A DNA stretch of 62,473 bases, the filler included, from Deltaproteobacteria bacterium (lineage in GTDB: Bacteria > JAUYMQ01), in the NCBI GenBank assembly GCA_030698575.1. It is 11 parts of 11 records of this genome, joined end to end, with 100 filler letters (N's around TTAATTAATTAA, not from the genome) between each part and the next. Parts side by side here need not be neighbours in the genome. Positions count along the whole stretch, not along the records: positions 39,626 to 44,715 come from JAUYMQ010000251.1; positions 44,816 to 48,334 come from JAUYMQ010000264.1; positions 48,435 to 52,070 come from JAUYMQ010000308.1; 8 more parts are not named here. One strand, given 5' to 3'. Under the pieces are notes generated by a model that worked only from the letters and a program-made list of their open reading frames with translations, was not told where the DNA came from and did no database searches. Position 1 is the stretch's first letter; each line of letters begins with the position of its first letter. This document shows positions 39,692 to 49,772 of the stretch, piece by piece. Both the position numbers and the translations under genes were made by a program.

Positions 39692-40816
39692 TCATTTGGT
39701 CAATCCTCTCCTCTCCAGCTCTTCCTTCGCCCGGGGCACCGCGTCCGACGCAAGCTGGGTCCGCACCCAGCCGACGAGATCCCCGACGCCTTCCTCGAAG
39801 CCGATGCGCGGCGACCAGCCCAGGAGTCGGCGGATCTTCTCCACGTCGGCGTAGCAGTGGCGGATGTCGCCCTCGCGGAACCTGTTCTCGATCTCGGGTT
39901 TCTCCCCGGATCCGAGCTTATCGGCCAGCAGTCCACATAGCTCCAGCACTGACAGCGCCCGTCCCGTCCCGACGTTCAGCACCTCGCCGTCCACATTATC
40001 GGCGTCGAGCGCGGTTTGCATGGCGGAAACCACGTCGGATACATGGATGAAGTCGCGGCTCTGCCTCCCATCCTCGAAGATGAGGGGCGGGCGGCCGTTC
40101 AGCAGCCGGGAGGAGAAGATGGCGGCCACGCCGGTGTAGGGGTTCGAGAGCGCCTGTCGCGGCCCGTAGATGTTGAAGAAGCGCAGCGCGGTCGTCTTGA
40201 TCCCGTAGGCCCGCCCCACCGAGAGAAACATCTCCTCGTGATCGCGCTTCGTGATGGCGTAGATCGAAGTCGGGAAGAGGGGCTTCTCCTCGTCCGTCGG
40301 AACGGGGCGGGCGGGCTTGCCGCAGGCCGGGCAGTGCATTTCCCAGTCGCGCGCCGCGAGCTGCGCGGCGGGGCGGAGCTTCGGGAAGATGGGCCCGCAA
40401 GCGTCGCAGGCGTACTTCCCCTCGCCGTAGCAGGACATGCTGGAAGCCACCAGCATCCGTCCCACGGTGTGTTTCTCGTTCGCCAGGAGATCGAGCAACA
40501 GGGCCCCGCCGAGGCTGTTCACGTCGACGTACCGGGCCACGTCGTACATCGACTGGCCCACGCCGACGGCCGCGGCGAGGTGGACGACGGCGTCGACGTC
40601 GCGAAGCGCCTCGCGGACCGCCTCGCGTTCGCGCACGTCCCCCCGGATGAACTCGGCGGCGCTGTTCAGGTAGTCCGGAAGCGCCCCCTCGGGATGAACC
40701 TGCGGATCGAGGCTGTCCAGGATCCGGACACGGTGCCCCGCGGCCACCAGCGCGTCCACCAGATGGGATCCGACGAAGCCGGCGCCGCCTGTCACGAGTA
40801 CGTGCATGGGCGTCAT
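39692..40816 (-). CDS. NAD-dependent epimerase/dehydratase (extended SDR)
   Basis: TGGAGFVGS, HLAAAVGVGQSMY, YAITK, FNIYGPRQALSNPYTGV. Confidence 0.92.
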   Translation of the reverse strand: MTPMHVLVTGGAGFVGSHLVDALVAAGHRVRILDSLDPQVHPEGALPDYLNSAAEFIRGDVREREAVREALRDVDAVVHLAAAVGVGQSMYDVARYVDVNSLGGALLLDLLANEKHTVGRMLVASSMSCYGEGKYACDACGPIFPKLRPAAQLAARDWEMHCPACGKPARPVPTDEEKPLFPTSIYAITKRDHEEMFLSVGRAYGIKTTALRFFNIYGPRQALSNPYTGVAAIFSSRLLNGRPPLIFEDGRQSRDFIHVSDVVSAMQTALDADNVDGEVLNVGTGRALSVLELCGLLADKLGSGEKPEIENRFREGDIRHCYADVEKIRRLLGWSPRIGFEEGVGDLVGWVRTQLASDAVPRAKEELERRGLTK

Positions 40817-41766
40817 TGCGGGCCATCCGGCGGCTTGCTGCCGGCCAGCGACACCCGGTAAGGAAGAACCCGGATCTTCTCGAGCCCTTCTTCCTCGTAC
40901 CAGGCGAACACCTCCTCGACGGTATGCGCCCACTGGAATTTCGGGGCGTACCAGTCGAAGGTGTTCAGCACCCGCCAGCGCGGGTCCTCGTAGACGGCCG
41001 CGGTGGGGAGCAGGATTCCCACGACCCGCCCGATGACAGGAATCTTCTCCACGTAGTGGAGCGGGATCGCGATCTTGCAGAGCTGGTAGAGCAGGCGCGC
41101 TGGCAGCCGCGTCGTGACATTGCGGTAGAGGTTCGTCAGGAAGCGGTACAGGCGGTCGTAGGAAGGATAGACGTAGATGCTGATCCGTCCCTCCGGCGCG
41201 AGCTTCGGAACCAGGCGCCGGAAGGCCTTCCGCGTGTCCGGCGTGTGATGAAGGACGCCCACGCTGTAGATGTAGTCGAAGACGCCGTCTTTCAGCGGAA
41301 GCTTGAAGAGATCCGCCTGTATCATGTGGATGTTCGGAAAGGCCGAGAGATTCTCGTGGGCGACGTCAATGGCCTGGCTGTAATCCACGCAGACGATCTC
41401 GGCGCCGGATTCCTTGAGGACGTCGGCGTATCGCCCCGTGCCACAGCCCGCGTCGAGAACGAGCTTGCCCGCGAGGCCGGTGGTGGGCATGTCGACCTTC
41501 TTTCCGAAGTCTTCCAGCGACGCGCGCCGCGTCTCGCTGTCGAACTGGGTGCGCCGGTGGATCTGCCACTCGTAGGAAAAGGCGTCGACGTAGGCGTCGG
41601 CCTCGACGAAGCGGGGCACCCCCCGCAAGACAGGATAGGCCTGATCGCAACGCTCGCAGGCCAGGCTCCCCTCCAGGATCTCCTCGCCGTCGGCCTGCTC
41701 GGCCTTCAGGCGGAGCCCCGCGCCGCAGCAGGGAGACTGGAGATGGCGCAGCAGCGTTGATCTCAT
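40813..41766 (-). CDS. Class I SAM methyltransferase with Trm112-like N-terminus
   Basis: PCC...CERC..YPVLRGVPRF; VLDAGCGTGRY; GVLHHTPD. Confidence 0.88.
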   Translation of the reverse strand: MRSTLLRHLQSPCCGAGLRLKAEQADGEEILEGSLACERCDQAYPVLRGVPRFVEADAYVDAFSYEWQIHRRTQFDSETRRASLEDFGKKVDMPTTGLAGKLVLDAGCGTGRYADVLKESGAEIVCVDYSQAIDVAHENLSAFPNIHMIQADLFKLPLKDGVFDYIYSVGVLHHTPDTRKAFRRLVPKLAPEGRISIYVYPSYDRLYRFLTNLYRNVTTRLPARLLYQLCKIAIPLHYVEKIPVIGRVVGILLPTAAVYEDPRWRVLNTFDWYAPKFQWAHTVEEVFAWYEEEGLEKIRVLPYRVSLAGSKPPDGPQ

Positions 41767-41944
41767 TCAGACTCCACGAGGAGTGGGATTGCCGGCCGGA
41801 AGCCGGCGCGGCGGCCTTCGGTCCCAAGGTAGCAGACGAATTTCCGGGAAGGCAATGATTCCCCCGGTGGGGCGCCGGGTGTGGCGGAGCACCCGGGGCG
41901 CCGCTACACTGGGGCCGCTTACGGAACTCCGCCCGCGGGCAACA

Positions 41945-42955
41945 ATGTCAGATCACCGACTCTCGAGACCGATGCCTCCTGAAGCGCCCATTTCCGCTCC
42001 CGCAGAGTCCAGCCGTATCGATCTCTCGATCATCATCGTCAGCTACAACACGCGGGAGCTGTTGGCGCGGTGCATCACCTCCGTCGTCGAGAATACCGCC
42101 GGCATCTCCTATCGCATCTACGTGGTCGACAACGCCTCGTCGGACGGGAGCGCGGAGATGGTGCGCGCCCGGTACCCGGAGGTCATTCTCGAGAAGAACC
42201 GGGAGAACCTGGGCTTCGCGCAGGCCAATTCCCAGGTCATGGGGAAGATCGATAGCCGGTACGTGGTGCTCCTGAACAGTGACACGGCGTGCCCCCCCGG
42301 GAGTCGCGTCCTCGAGCGCATGGTCGGCCACCTCGACGCGCATCCTGAAATCGGGGCGCTGGGGCCGAGAATCGTCTATCCCGACGGCAGGATCCAGCTC
42401 CACTGCGCCCGGAGCTTTCCCACCCTCTGGACCGTCTTCTGCATGTTCTCGAGCCTCGCCCAGCGCTTCCCGAACAACCGCTTCACCGGCGGCTACCTCA
42501 TGAGCTACTGGGATCACAAGACCTCGCGCGAGGTCGACCTGCTCCTCGGCGCCTGCATGATGGTGCGGGAGGAGGTGATCGAGCAGGTCGGCCCCCTGGA
42601 CGGGCAGTTCTTTCTCGGCGGCGAGGACGTCGACTGGTGCCGGCGGATCAAGGACGCGGGGTGGAAAATCTACTACCTCTCCGACCTGACTCTCGAGCAC
42701 GAGGGGGGCGCATCCAAGGCGCTTCTTCCAGTCCACGAATCCACCGAGACCCATAAGGCCTGGTTCCTCTACTTCAGGAAGCACCACGGGCTGGCCTACG
42801 CCGTGGCCGGCCGTTTGATAACCGCGGGTTTCCTGCTCTTCTGGGTATCTTTCTACAGCATCCGGTATGCGTTCACTCCCGGGCAGCGCGAAGCGCTCGC
42901 GCAGACCATCAAGATCCGGGTGGAATTGCTGACCTGGTGCCTGTCCGGCCGCTAG
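41945..42955 (+). CDS. Glycosyltransferase family 2
   Basis: SIIIVSYNT, VVDNASSDGS, NLGFA, LLNSD, GACMM, EDVDWC. Confidence 0.92.
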   Translation: MSDHRLSRPMPPEAPISAPAESSRIDLSIIIVSYNTRELLARCITSVVENTAGISYRIYVVDNASSDGSAEMVRARYPEVILEKNRENLGFAQANSQVMGKIDSRYVVLLNSDTACPPGSRVLERMVGHLDAHPEIGALGPRIVYPDGRIQLHCARSFPTLWTVFCMFSSLAQRFPNNRFTGGYLMSYWDHKTSREVDLLLGACMMVREEVIEQVGPLDGQFFLGGEDVDWCRRIKDAGWKIYYLSDLTLEHEGGASKALLPVHESTETHKAWFLYFRKHHGLAYAVAGRLITAGFLLFWVSFYSIRYAFTPGQREALAQTIKIRVELLTWCLSGR

Positions 42956-42998
42956 GGTTTGACTTCGCGCCCGTTTACAAGAATGATCGCCGGCAGCC

Positions 42999-44060
42999 AT
43001 GTCGACCAGGGAACCGCTCCGCAGCAGGCTTAGAAACTGGATCCTGATAACCGCCTCCCGTCTCGGGTATTTCCGCATCTTCGCCTTCTTCAACCGGCAC
43101 AAGATCAACATCCTCTACTATCACGGGGTGAGCGCGCGGGAAGCTTTCCCCGGCATCGAGAACTACCAGGGGAAGCACGTGCGGGCGTCGCTGTTCTGGC
43201 GACATCTCGCGTTCCTCGCCAGGCGCTACAACATTCTGCCGCTCCCTGACGTCCTGCACGCGATGAAGAACGGCGTGCCGCTCCCGCCCTACACGGCCGT
43301 CATCACCTTCGATGACGGCTACGAGAACAACGCGACGGTGGCCCTCCCCTCCCTTCTGGACGCCGGCCTCACGGCGAGTTTCTTCCTGACCACCGATCTC
43401 ATCGGAACGGATGAATGCCTCTGGGTCGATCAGCTCGAGATGGTCCTGAACGATGACCAGCGGATGAAGATGTTCGTGCGATTCGGGACCACGCGGGAAA
43501 CCGTTCCGCTGGAGACAGCCGCCGATCGACGCGAGGACGACCGATTGGTGCGATGGTTCTGCAAGCAGCTCACCGAGGCGGAAAAATCGGAATGGCTCCG
43601 GGCCTTCTTCGCCGAGAACGGCATCGACGCACCGAAGGCGCGCGGAGATCATCGCTTCATGAGCTGGGACCAGGCGCGCGAGCTTCACGCCCGCGGAATG
43701 ACAGTGGGCTCTCACACCCTCACTCACGCGATTATCACGCGGCTCACACCCAGCGAGATGGAGCGGGAGATCGGAGAAGCGAAGGCCGCCTGCGAGGCCC
43801 GGCTGAAAGTTCGTTGCGATACCTTTGCCTATCCGAACGGAAGGCTGGGGGATTTCAGCAAGGCGAGCACCGACGTGCTGCGGCGACTCGGGATCACCTG
43901 CGGGCTGACGACGATTCACGGCCTCAACGGGCGCGACGCGAATGTCTACACCATGAAGCGTATCGGAGTGGGTGATCGAACGAGCCTGGAGGAGCTCGAG
44001 GCGCACCTCTCCGGACTCACGGGCTTTGCGATTCGCCTCCGGCGGACGCTCTTCGGCTGA
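42999..44060 (+). CDS. Polysaccharide deacetylase (CE4)
   Basis: ILYYH, ITFDDGY, GSHTLTH, FAYPNG. Confidence 0.9.
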   Translation: MSTREPLRSRLRNWILITASRLGYFRIFAFFNRHKINILYYHGVSAREAFPGIENYQGKHVRASLFWRHLAFLARRYNILPLPDVLHAMKNGVPLPPYTAVITFDDGYENNATVALPSLLDAGLTASFFLTTDLIGTDECLWVDQLEMVLNDDQRMKMFVRFGTTRETVPLETAADRREDDRLVRWFCKQLTEAEKSEWLRAFFAENGIDAPKARGDHRFMSWDQARELHARGMTVGSHTLTHAIITRLTPSEMEREIGEAKAACEARLKVRCDTFAYPNGRLGDFSKASTDVLRRLGITCGLTTIHGLNGRDANVYTMKRIGVGDRTSLEELEAHLSGLTGFAIRLRRTLFG

Positions 44061-44715
44061 TCCCCGGGAACGACCCCAGCAGTTCCTCGTAGCGGGCCGC
44101 GACTACCTCGGGCGAGTGATTCGCCTCGACGTAGGCCCGGGCTCGCTCACCCATGGCCTCCCGCGCCGGGGCGTCCGGCAACAGTCGCCGGATGGCCGCC
44201 GCCGTTTCCTCGAGCGAATCCGTGCAGACACCCAGCCCGTGCCTCTCAATCACGCCGTCCGGATCGATGCCGTAGGAGATCACCGGCGTACGGCTCGCCC
44301 AGGCCTCCAGGAAAACGTTTGCGAACCCCTCCGCCGAGGAGGTGCTGACGACGAGCGCGGCCTTCCGGTAGTGCCCGGGCATGTCGATGTAGGGCACCCG
44401 GCCGAGCCGGTGGAGGTTGGAAGCCTTCTCCAGCGCCGCGAGAACCTCCCGCACATAGTCGCTGTCCCCAAGCGGCGGCACGATCATGGTGAAGCTCACT
44501 TCGGGGAGCATGGACGAAAGCTCGGCCATGAGCTGGGGGCGCTTCTTGGGGAGCATGTTTCCCACCCAGAGAACCTCCTGGCGGGCCGAGGCCGGAGGGA
44601 GCGGATCGGCGGGGAGCGCGCAGGCGCTGGCGACGAGCACGCCCTCCCTCCCCCACCGCTCGGCAAGGAGCTTTTCCTGCTTTCGCGTCTGCACGATCAC
44701 GCGGGTCGCCAAGCG
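44017..44715 (-). CDS. Glycosyltransferase family 4, 5' truncated
   Basis: VLWVGN...KRP, EGFANVFLEAWA..PVIS. Confidence 0.85.
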   Translation of the reverse strand, partial: RLATRVIVQTRKQEKLLAERWGREGVLVASACALPADPLPPASARQEVLWVGNMLPKKRPQLMAELSSMLPEVSFTMIVPPLGDSDYVREVLAALEKASNLHRLGRVPYIDMPGHYRKAALVVSTSSAEGFANVFLEAWASRTPVISYGIDPDGVIERHGLGVCTDSLEETAAAIRRLLPDAPAREAMGERARAYVEANHSPEVVAARYEELLGSFPGISRRASAGGESQSP

Positions 44716-44815
44716 NNNNNNNNNNNNNNNNNNNNNNNNNNNNNNNNNNNNNNNNNNNNTTAATTAATTAANNNNNNNNNNNNNNNNNNNNNNNNNNNNN
44801 NNNNNNNNNNNNNNN

Positions 44816-47688
44816 GGGGCAAACTGGAGCACCACGCCGTCCTCCCTCGCCGCGACGCAGTCTTTGCCGAGCCCGCCCTGCCGCTCCCCTCCCCTGTTCG
44901 CAGCGCGCTGGCCGATCACGGCATCACCCGGCTCTATTCCCACCAGGCGCGGGCCCTCGACACCGTCCGCCGGGGCGAGAACGCCGTGCTGGCCACCTCC
45001 ACGGCCAGCGGCAAGAGCCTCGCCTACCAGCTCCCGCTCCTCGAGGCGGTGCTCGACGATCCCCGCGCCTGCGCGCTCGGCCTTTACCCGCTGAAAGCAC
45101 TCGAGCAGGACCAGCACCGGGCTGCCGAGGCGCTCGCGGCGAGCCTCGGCCGGCACGCGCCGGGCTGCAATCCCCGGGCGGCCATCTACGACGGTGACAC
45201 CACCCCCCACCGCCGCCGGAAGATCCGCGACGATCATCCGAACTTTCTCATCACCAACCCCGACATGCTTCATCTCGGGATCCTCCCGCATCACCCAGGC
45301 TGGGAGGGTTTATTCCGAAAGCTCCGCTACGTCGTGATCGACGAACTGCACGCCTACCGGGGCATCTTCGGCTCTCACATCGCCCAGGTGCTCCGCCGGC
45401 TCATCCGCGTGGCGCGCTACTACGGCGCATCGCCGCAGTTCATCGCCTGCTCCGCGACCATCCAGAACCCGGGCGAGCTGGCGGCCGCGCTCACGGGGCT
45501 TCCCTTCACCGTCGTCGACGCCGATGGCGCAGCGGCCGCCGAGCGGCACCTGGCCTTCGTCAATCCCGAGGGGAGCCCCACGCTGGCCGCCGCGCGGCTG
45601 TTCAGTCATGCGGTGCGCGCCGGCCACAAGACGATCGCGTTCACAAAGTCACGGAAGGTGACGGAACTGATGCACGCATGGACGCTCGAGGAAGATCCGG
45701 AGCTTGCGGGGCGGATCAGCGCATACCGGAGCGGCTACCTGCGTGAAGAGCGCCGGGAGATCGAGGCGCGGCTCAAGTCCGGGGATCTCTGGGGCGTCAT
45801 CTCGACTTCGGCTCTGGAGCTGGGTATCGACATCGGGGAACTCGACGTCTGCATCCTCGTCGGTTACCCCGGCAGCATCGTCAACACCTGGCAGCGCGGC
45901 GGGCGCGTGGGCCGCTCCGGGAGGGCGTCGGCCGTTCTCATGGTGGCGCAGCCCGATGCGCTCGATCAGTACCTCGTGCGCCATCCCGAGGAGTTTCTCC
46001 GGCGAACCTTCGAGAGAGCCGTGATCGATCCCGAGAACATCGAGATCCTCGGACCGCACCTGGTGTGCGCCGCCGCCGAGGCGCCGCTTCGCTCGGACGA
46101 ACCGCTGCTGCGATCGGCGCGGGCGGCCGAGGCCGTCGCCTCGCTCGAGCAGGAAGGCCGCCTCCTGCGCTCCGCCACCGGCCGCGAGTGGTTCGCCACG
46201 GCGCGCCGTCCTCACGCCGGCGTCGACATCCGGGGCGCGGGCGAGAGGTATGCGATCCTCGATGAGCGCGCGGGCGATCCGATCGGCACGGTGGCGGGGC
46301 CCCGCGTGCTCGCGGAGTGTCACGAGGGGGCCATCTATCTGCATCGCGGGCGTCAATACCGCGTGGGGCGCCTCGATCTCGACGCCCGCGAGGTGCACGC
46401 GCGCCCCGCGGAAGTCTCCTACTACACCCGGCCGCGCGGGCGCGAGGAAACCGAAATCCTCTCGGTCGACCGCTCGATCCGTCTTCGCAACTTCATCGTC
46501 CGCCTGGGACGCCTGAAGGTCACCTCCTGGGTCACGGGTTACGAGAAGCGGCGGATCCTGGGCCAGGCGCTGCTCTCCACGCACCCTCTGTCGCTTCCAC
46601 CGAGCATCTTCGAGACCGTCGGCGCATGGATCGACATCCCGGAAGACATCGAGCGGCTCGCATCGGACGAGGGCTTCCACTTTCTCGGCTCGCTCCATGC
46701 CATGGAGCATGCGGCCATTTCGCTCTTCCCGATCTTCGCCCTCTGCGATCCCGACGACATCGGCGGCCTCTCCTACCCGCGCCACCCGCAGCTCGGGCGG
46801 TCGGCGGTCTTCTTTTATGACGGGCAGGCGGGGGGCGTGGGACTCTGCGCGTCGGTTTTCGAGCGGCTCGACGCGACGCTCGAGGCCACCCTCGAGCTGG
46901 TCGGAGGGTGCCCCTGCGAGTCAGGCTGTCCCTCCTGCGTGCAGTCGGCTCGCTGCGGCTCGGGGAACCGCCCGATGGACAAGGCGGGGGCGGGGGCGGT
47001 GCTCGAGCTTCTCCTGGGACGCCGGGCGCAAAGCATCCGGGTCTTCGACCAGCCGCCGCAGTTGCATAACGGGGAGACGGCGGCGCCGCAGAATGCTATC
47101 CCCACGGCCCCGCCGGAGGGACGGCGCGTGATCTTCTTCGATCTCGAGACCCAGCTCAGCGCCGAGGAAGTGGGGGGCTGGGAGAAGGCGCACCTCATGC
47201 GGCTGGCCGTGGGCGTCATCTACGACAGTCGCGAGGGGCGCTATGAGCACTACGGCGAGGCCGAGGTGCAGCGCTTGCTCGATCGCCTGCGGGAAGCAGA
47301 CCTCGTCGTGGGGTTCAACGTGCTGCGATTCGACTACGCCGTGCTGGGGGCTTACGCGGGCGAGACCCTTTCAGGGCTTCCAACATTCGACATTCTGGGC
47401 GATATTCACCGGACGCTCGGCTTCCGGCTGAGCCTGGGGCACCTGGCCGAGCAAACTCTGGGAACGGCGAAGGCAGCCGACGGACTCGATTCGCTGCGCT
47501 GGTGGCGCGAGGGGCGCGTGGAAGAAGTGGCGGCCTACTGCGAGCAGGACGTTGAGATCACGCGCCGTTTGTTCGAGCACGGCGCGCGGGAGCATCATGT
47601 GATCTTCGAACGCCGCGACGGACAACGCGTGAAACTTCCGGTCAGCTGGGACGTCGAGTCGATCCTTCGCGCGCGGGCCGCGACGTGA
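44816..47688 (+). CDS. DEAH helicase with DUF1998 Zn domain fused to a C-terminal RNase H-like (YprB/MrfB-type) exonuclease, 5' truncated
   Basis: TASGKSL, IDELH, STSALELGIDIG, QRGGRVGR, CPCESGCPSC; FFDLET, GFN..FD, YCEQDV. Confidence 0.92.
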
Positions 47689-48305
47689 ACCTGCCCCCGA
47701 ATCTGGCAATGACCCCCATCGACATCGGAATTCTCGCCGTCGTCGGACTGTCGGCGCTGCTGGGCCTGGCGAGGGGCGCCGTGCGGGAGATTTTCGGCCT
47801 CGCGGCGCTCATCCTGGGATTCGCACTCGCCCTCGGTCAGTACGCCGAGGGCGCACTGTTGCTCGCCCCCTGGATTGCCGATTCCCTGGCGGCGCAGGCG
47901 GCAGCCTTCTTCGCAATCTTCATCGCCGCATGGATCCTCTTCTCGCTTGCGGGCGCGCTGGTGCGGCGCGTGATGAAGCTTCTCGCGCTCGGCTGGCTCG
48001 ACCGCCTGGGTGGACTCGTCTTCGGCCTGGCCCGGGGCTCGCTTCTCGTGGCACTGGTCGCCTGGTCATTCATAGCCTTCGGCATCCAGCCGGAGCAGCT
48101 GGTCAGCTCCGAGATGTCGAGGAAGATCCTGTCGGGGGGCGAGGCGATTACCGATCTCTTCCCCCCGACATTCGCCTCCCGATTTGACGCGGGGCTACGG
48201 TCGGCGCGCGAGACGTTCGTGTCGCCTGAGGGGCGTGACCCGGAAGGAAGGCAGCGTGATACCCAATCGCCCCCCGGGCGCGCCCGCCCGGAGGATCAGT
48301 TCTAG
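47685..48305 (+). CDS. cvpA: CvpA family membrane protein
   Basis: IDIGIL..G..RGAVREIF, LDRLGGLVFGLARG. Confidence 0.88.
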   Translation: MNLPPNLAMTPIDIGILAVVGLSALLGLARGAVREIFGLAALILGFALALGQYAEGALLLAPWIADSLAAQAAAFFAIFIAAWILFSLAGALVRRVMKLLALGWLDRLGGLVFGLARGSLLVALVAWSFIAFGIQPEQLVSSEMSRKILSGGEAITDLFPPTFASRFDAGLRSARETFVSPEGRDPEGRQRDTQSPPGRARPEDQF

Positions 48306-48449
48306 ACACAACCTCAGTTGACCGGCTCGTTCCCNNNNNNNNNNNNNNNNNNNNNNNNNNNNNNNNNNNNNNNNNNNNTTAATTAATTAANNNNNNNNNN
48401 NNNNNNNNNNNNNNNNNNNNNNNNNNNNNNNNNNTGAAAGGAGCAGGCG

Positions 48450-49337
48450 ATGGAACTCAAGCAGGTCATCGGAAACCGGCGATCGATGCGCTTCCTGCGC
48501 AATTACGCGCCGGTCGAGCGCGAGAAGATTCAGAAGATGCTCGAGGCGGCGCGGCTCGCGTCGCATTGGGGCAACGTGCAGGCCCTGCGGGCGGTCGTCA
48601 TCGAGCGCGCATCGGCGCCCGAAGAGGTCATCAAGGCGCTGCCCGTCGGCACGGCCATCGCGGGGTTCCAGTTCCGCTCCGCCCCGGTCGTCATCGTCTG
48701 GTATATCGACTGGACCGCGCTCCCCAAGCAGGGCGACCGGCTGCATGAACTGGTCGACGCAGGCGCCATGGGCGTCAATCGGGAGAAGACCCACAAGTAT
48801 CTCGATGAGACGCTCATCCCGTTCTTCGACGGCGCCATGGATCAGATCAAGGTGAGCGGCATCAACGAGCTCGACGCCGGCCAGGCCATCGCGCAGGCCA
48901 CGCTCGTGGCCTTCGACGAGGGGCTCGGCACCTGCTGCCTCGGCCTCCCCTCCGACCGCAAGCTCCGCCGCGCGCTGAAGCTTCCCCCCGACACAAAGAT
49001 TGTCCTCTTGCAAACGGTGGGCTACCCGGCCGAGGACGCGCGCGCCGGCGGCCAGCGCCCGCGCATTCCGTTCGACGAAGCCTTCAAGCTCAACACGGCC
49101 GACAACCCGTTCCCGCGCGACCCCGCCGTGGTCGAGGAGCTGCGCGCGGCCGGCATGATCCAGGCCGCCGGGCGGCTGCCCTATCGCGACGCCGAGTTGC
49201 GCTGGCTGCAGGAGCAGTACGGGCTGTCGGAAGTGTTCGGCGACCCCGAGGAGATCGGGAACATCATGACCGAGATGATGGAGGCCATGCAGGAGGAGCA
49301 GGCGGCCGCGGAGCAGAAGCAGGCCGCCAACAAGTAA
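48450..49337 (+). CDS. Nitroreductase-family protein
   Basis: VIGNRRSMRF, AARLASHWGNVQ, EGLGTCC, TVGYP; AAAGGAG RBS. Confidence 0.85.
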   Translation: MELKQVIGNRRSMRFLRNYAPVEREKIQKMLEAARLASHWGNVQALRAVVIERASAPEEVIKALPVGTAIAGFQFRSAPVVIVWYIDWTALPKQGDRLHELVDAGAMGVNREKTHKYLDETLIPFFDGAMDQIKVSGINELDAGQAIAQATLVAFDEGLGTCCLGLPSDRKLRRALKLPPDTKIVLLQTVGYPAEDARAGGQRPRIPFDEAFKLNTADNPFPRDPAVVEELRAAGMIQAAGRLPYRDAELRWLQEQYGLSEVFGDPEEIGNIMTEMMEAMQEEQAAAEQKQAANK

Positions 49338-49342
49338 AATAA

Positions 49343-49365
49343 CGGGGTCAGACCCCTTTATTTAA
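49343..49365. repeat. REP-like palindrome GGGGTCAGACCCC-TTTATTTAAG (second copy at ~50971-50993)
   Basis: Both copies lie just after a stop codon. Confidence 0.6.
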
Positions 49366-49612
49366 GGGGACTCGCCCCGACGAAATGGAAGGTGAAGCCG
49401 CCAGTCCGCGGGTTCGCTAGGGGGTGAAGCCCCGGACTGCCTTCCGCCGGAACGCCCGTCCTTTCTCGCAACCGCGACGCCGGAGTTGCCCGCATGCCGA
49501 GCGAGCAACCCTCTTCCTCCACCGGCGTATAAGGACGGCACCCCGGTGCGGCGCCTGCGCCCCTGCCTCCCTCCGTGGTGGGGGCGCAGCATTTTCTGAA
49601 TAAGGCCACCCA

Positions 49613-49647
49613 GGTCAAATTCCCGGGGTCAGGTCTAAAATTTGACC
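49613..49647. repeat. REP-like element GGTCAAATTCCCGGGGTCAGGTCTAAAATTTGACC (inverted copy at 51741-51773; partial copy at ~49726-49746)
   Basis: Near-exact reverse-complement copies 2.1 kb apart; terminal GGTCAAATT/AATTTGACC inverted repeat. Confidence 0.7.
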
Positions 49648-49772
49648 AACCGCGGGCCCGCCGCTCCGGATTCGTGTCCCGCGCCCTGCTAGGCTAAGCT
49701 TGGCGTCAGGGGTAACCGATGGCACTAAAATTTAAGACCTGACCCCATGCATTTTGGGAGGGAGAAGCGGCC

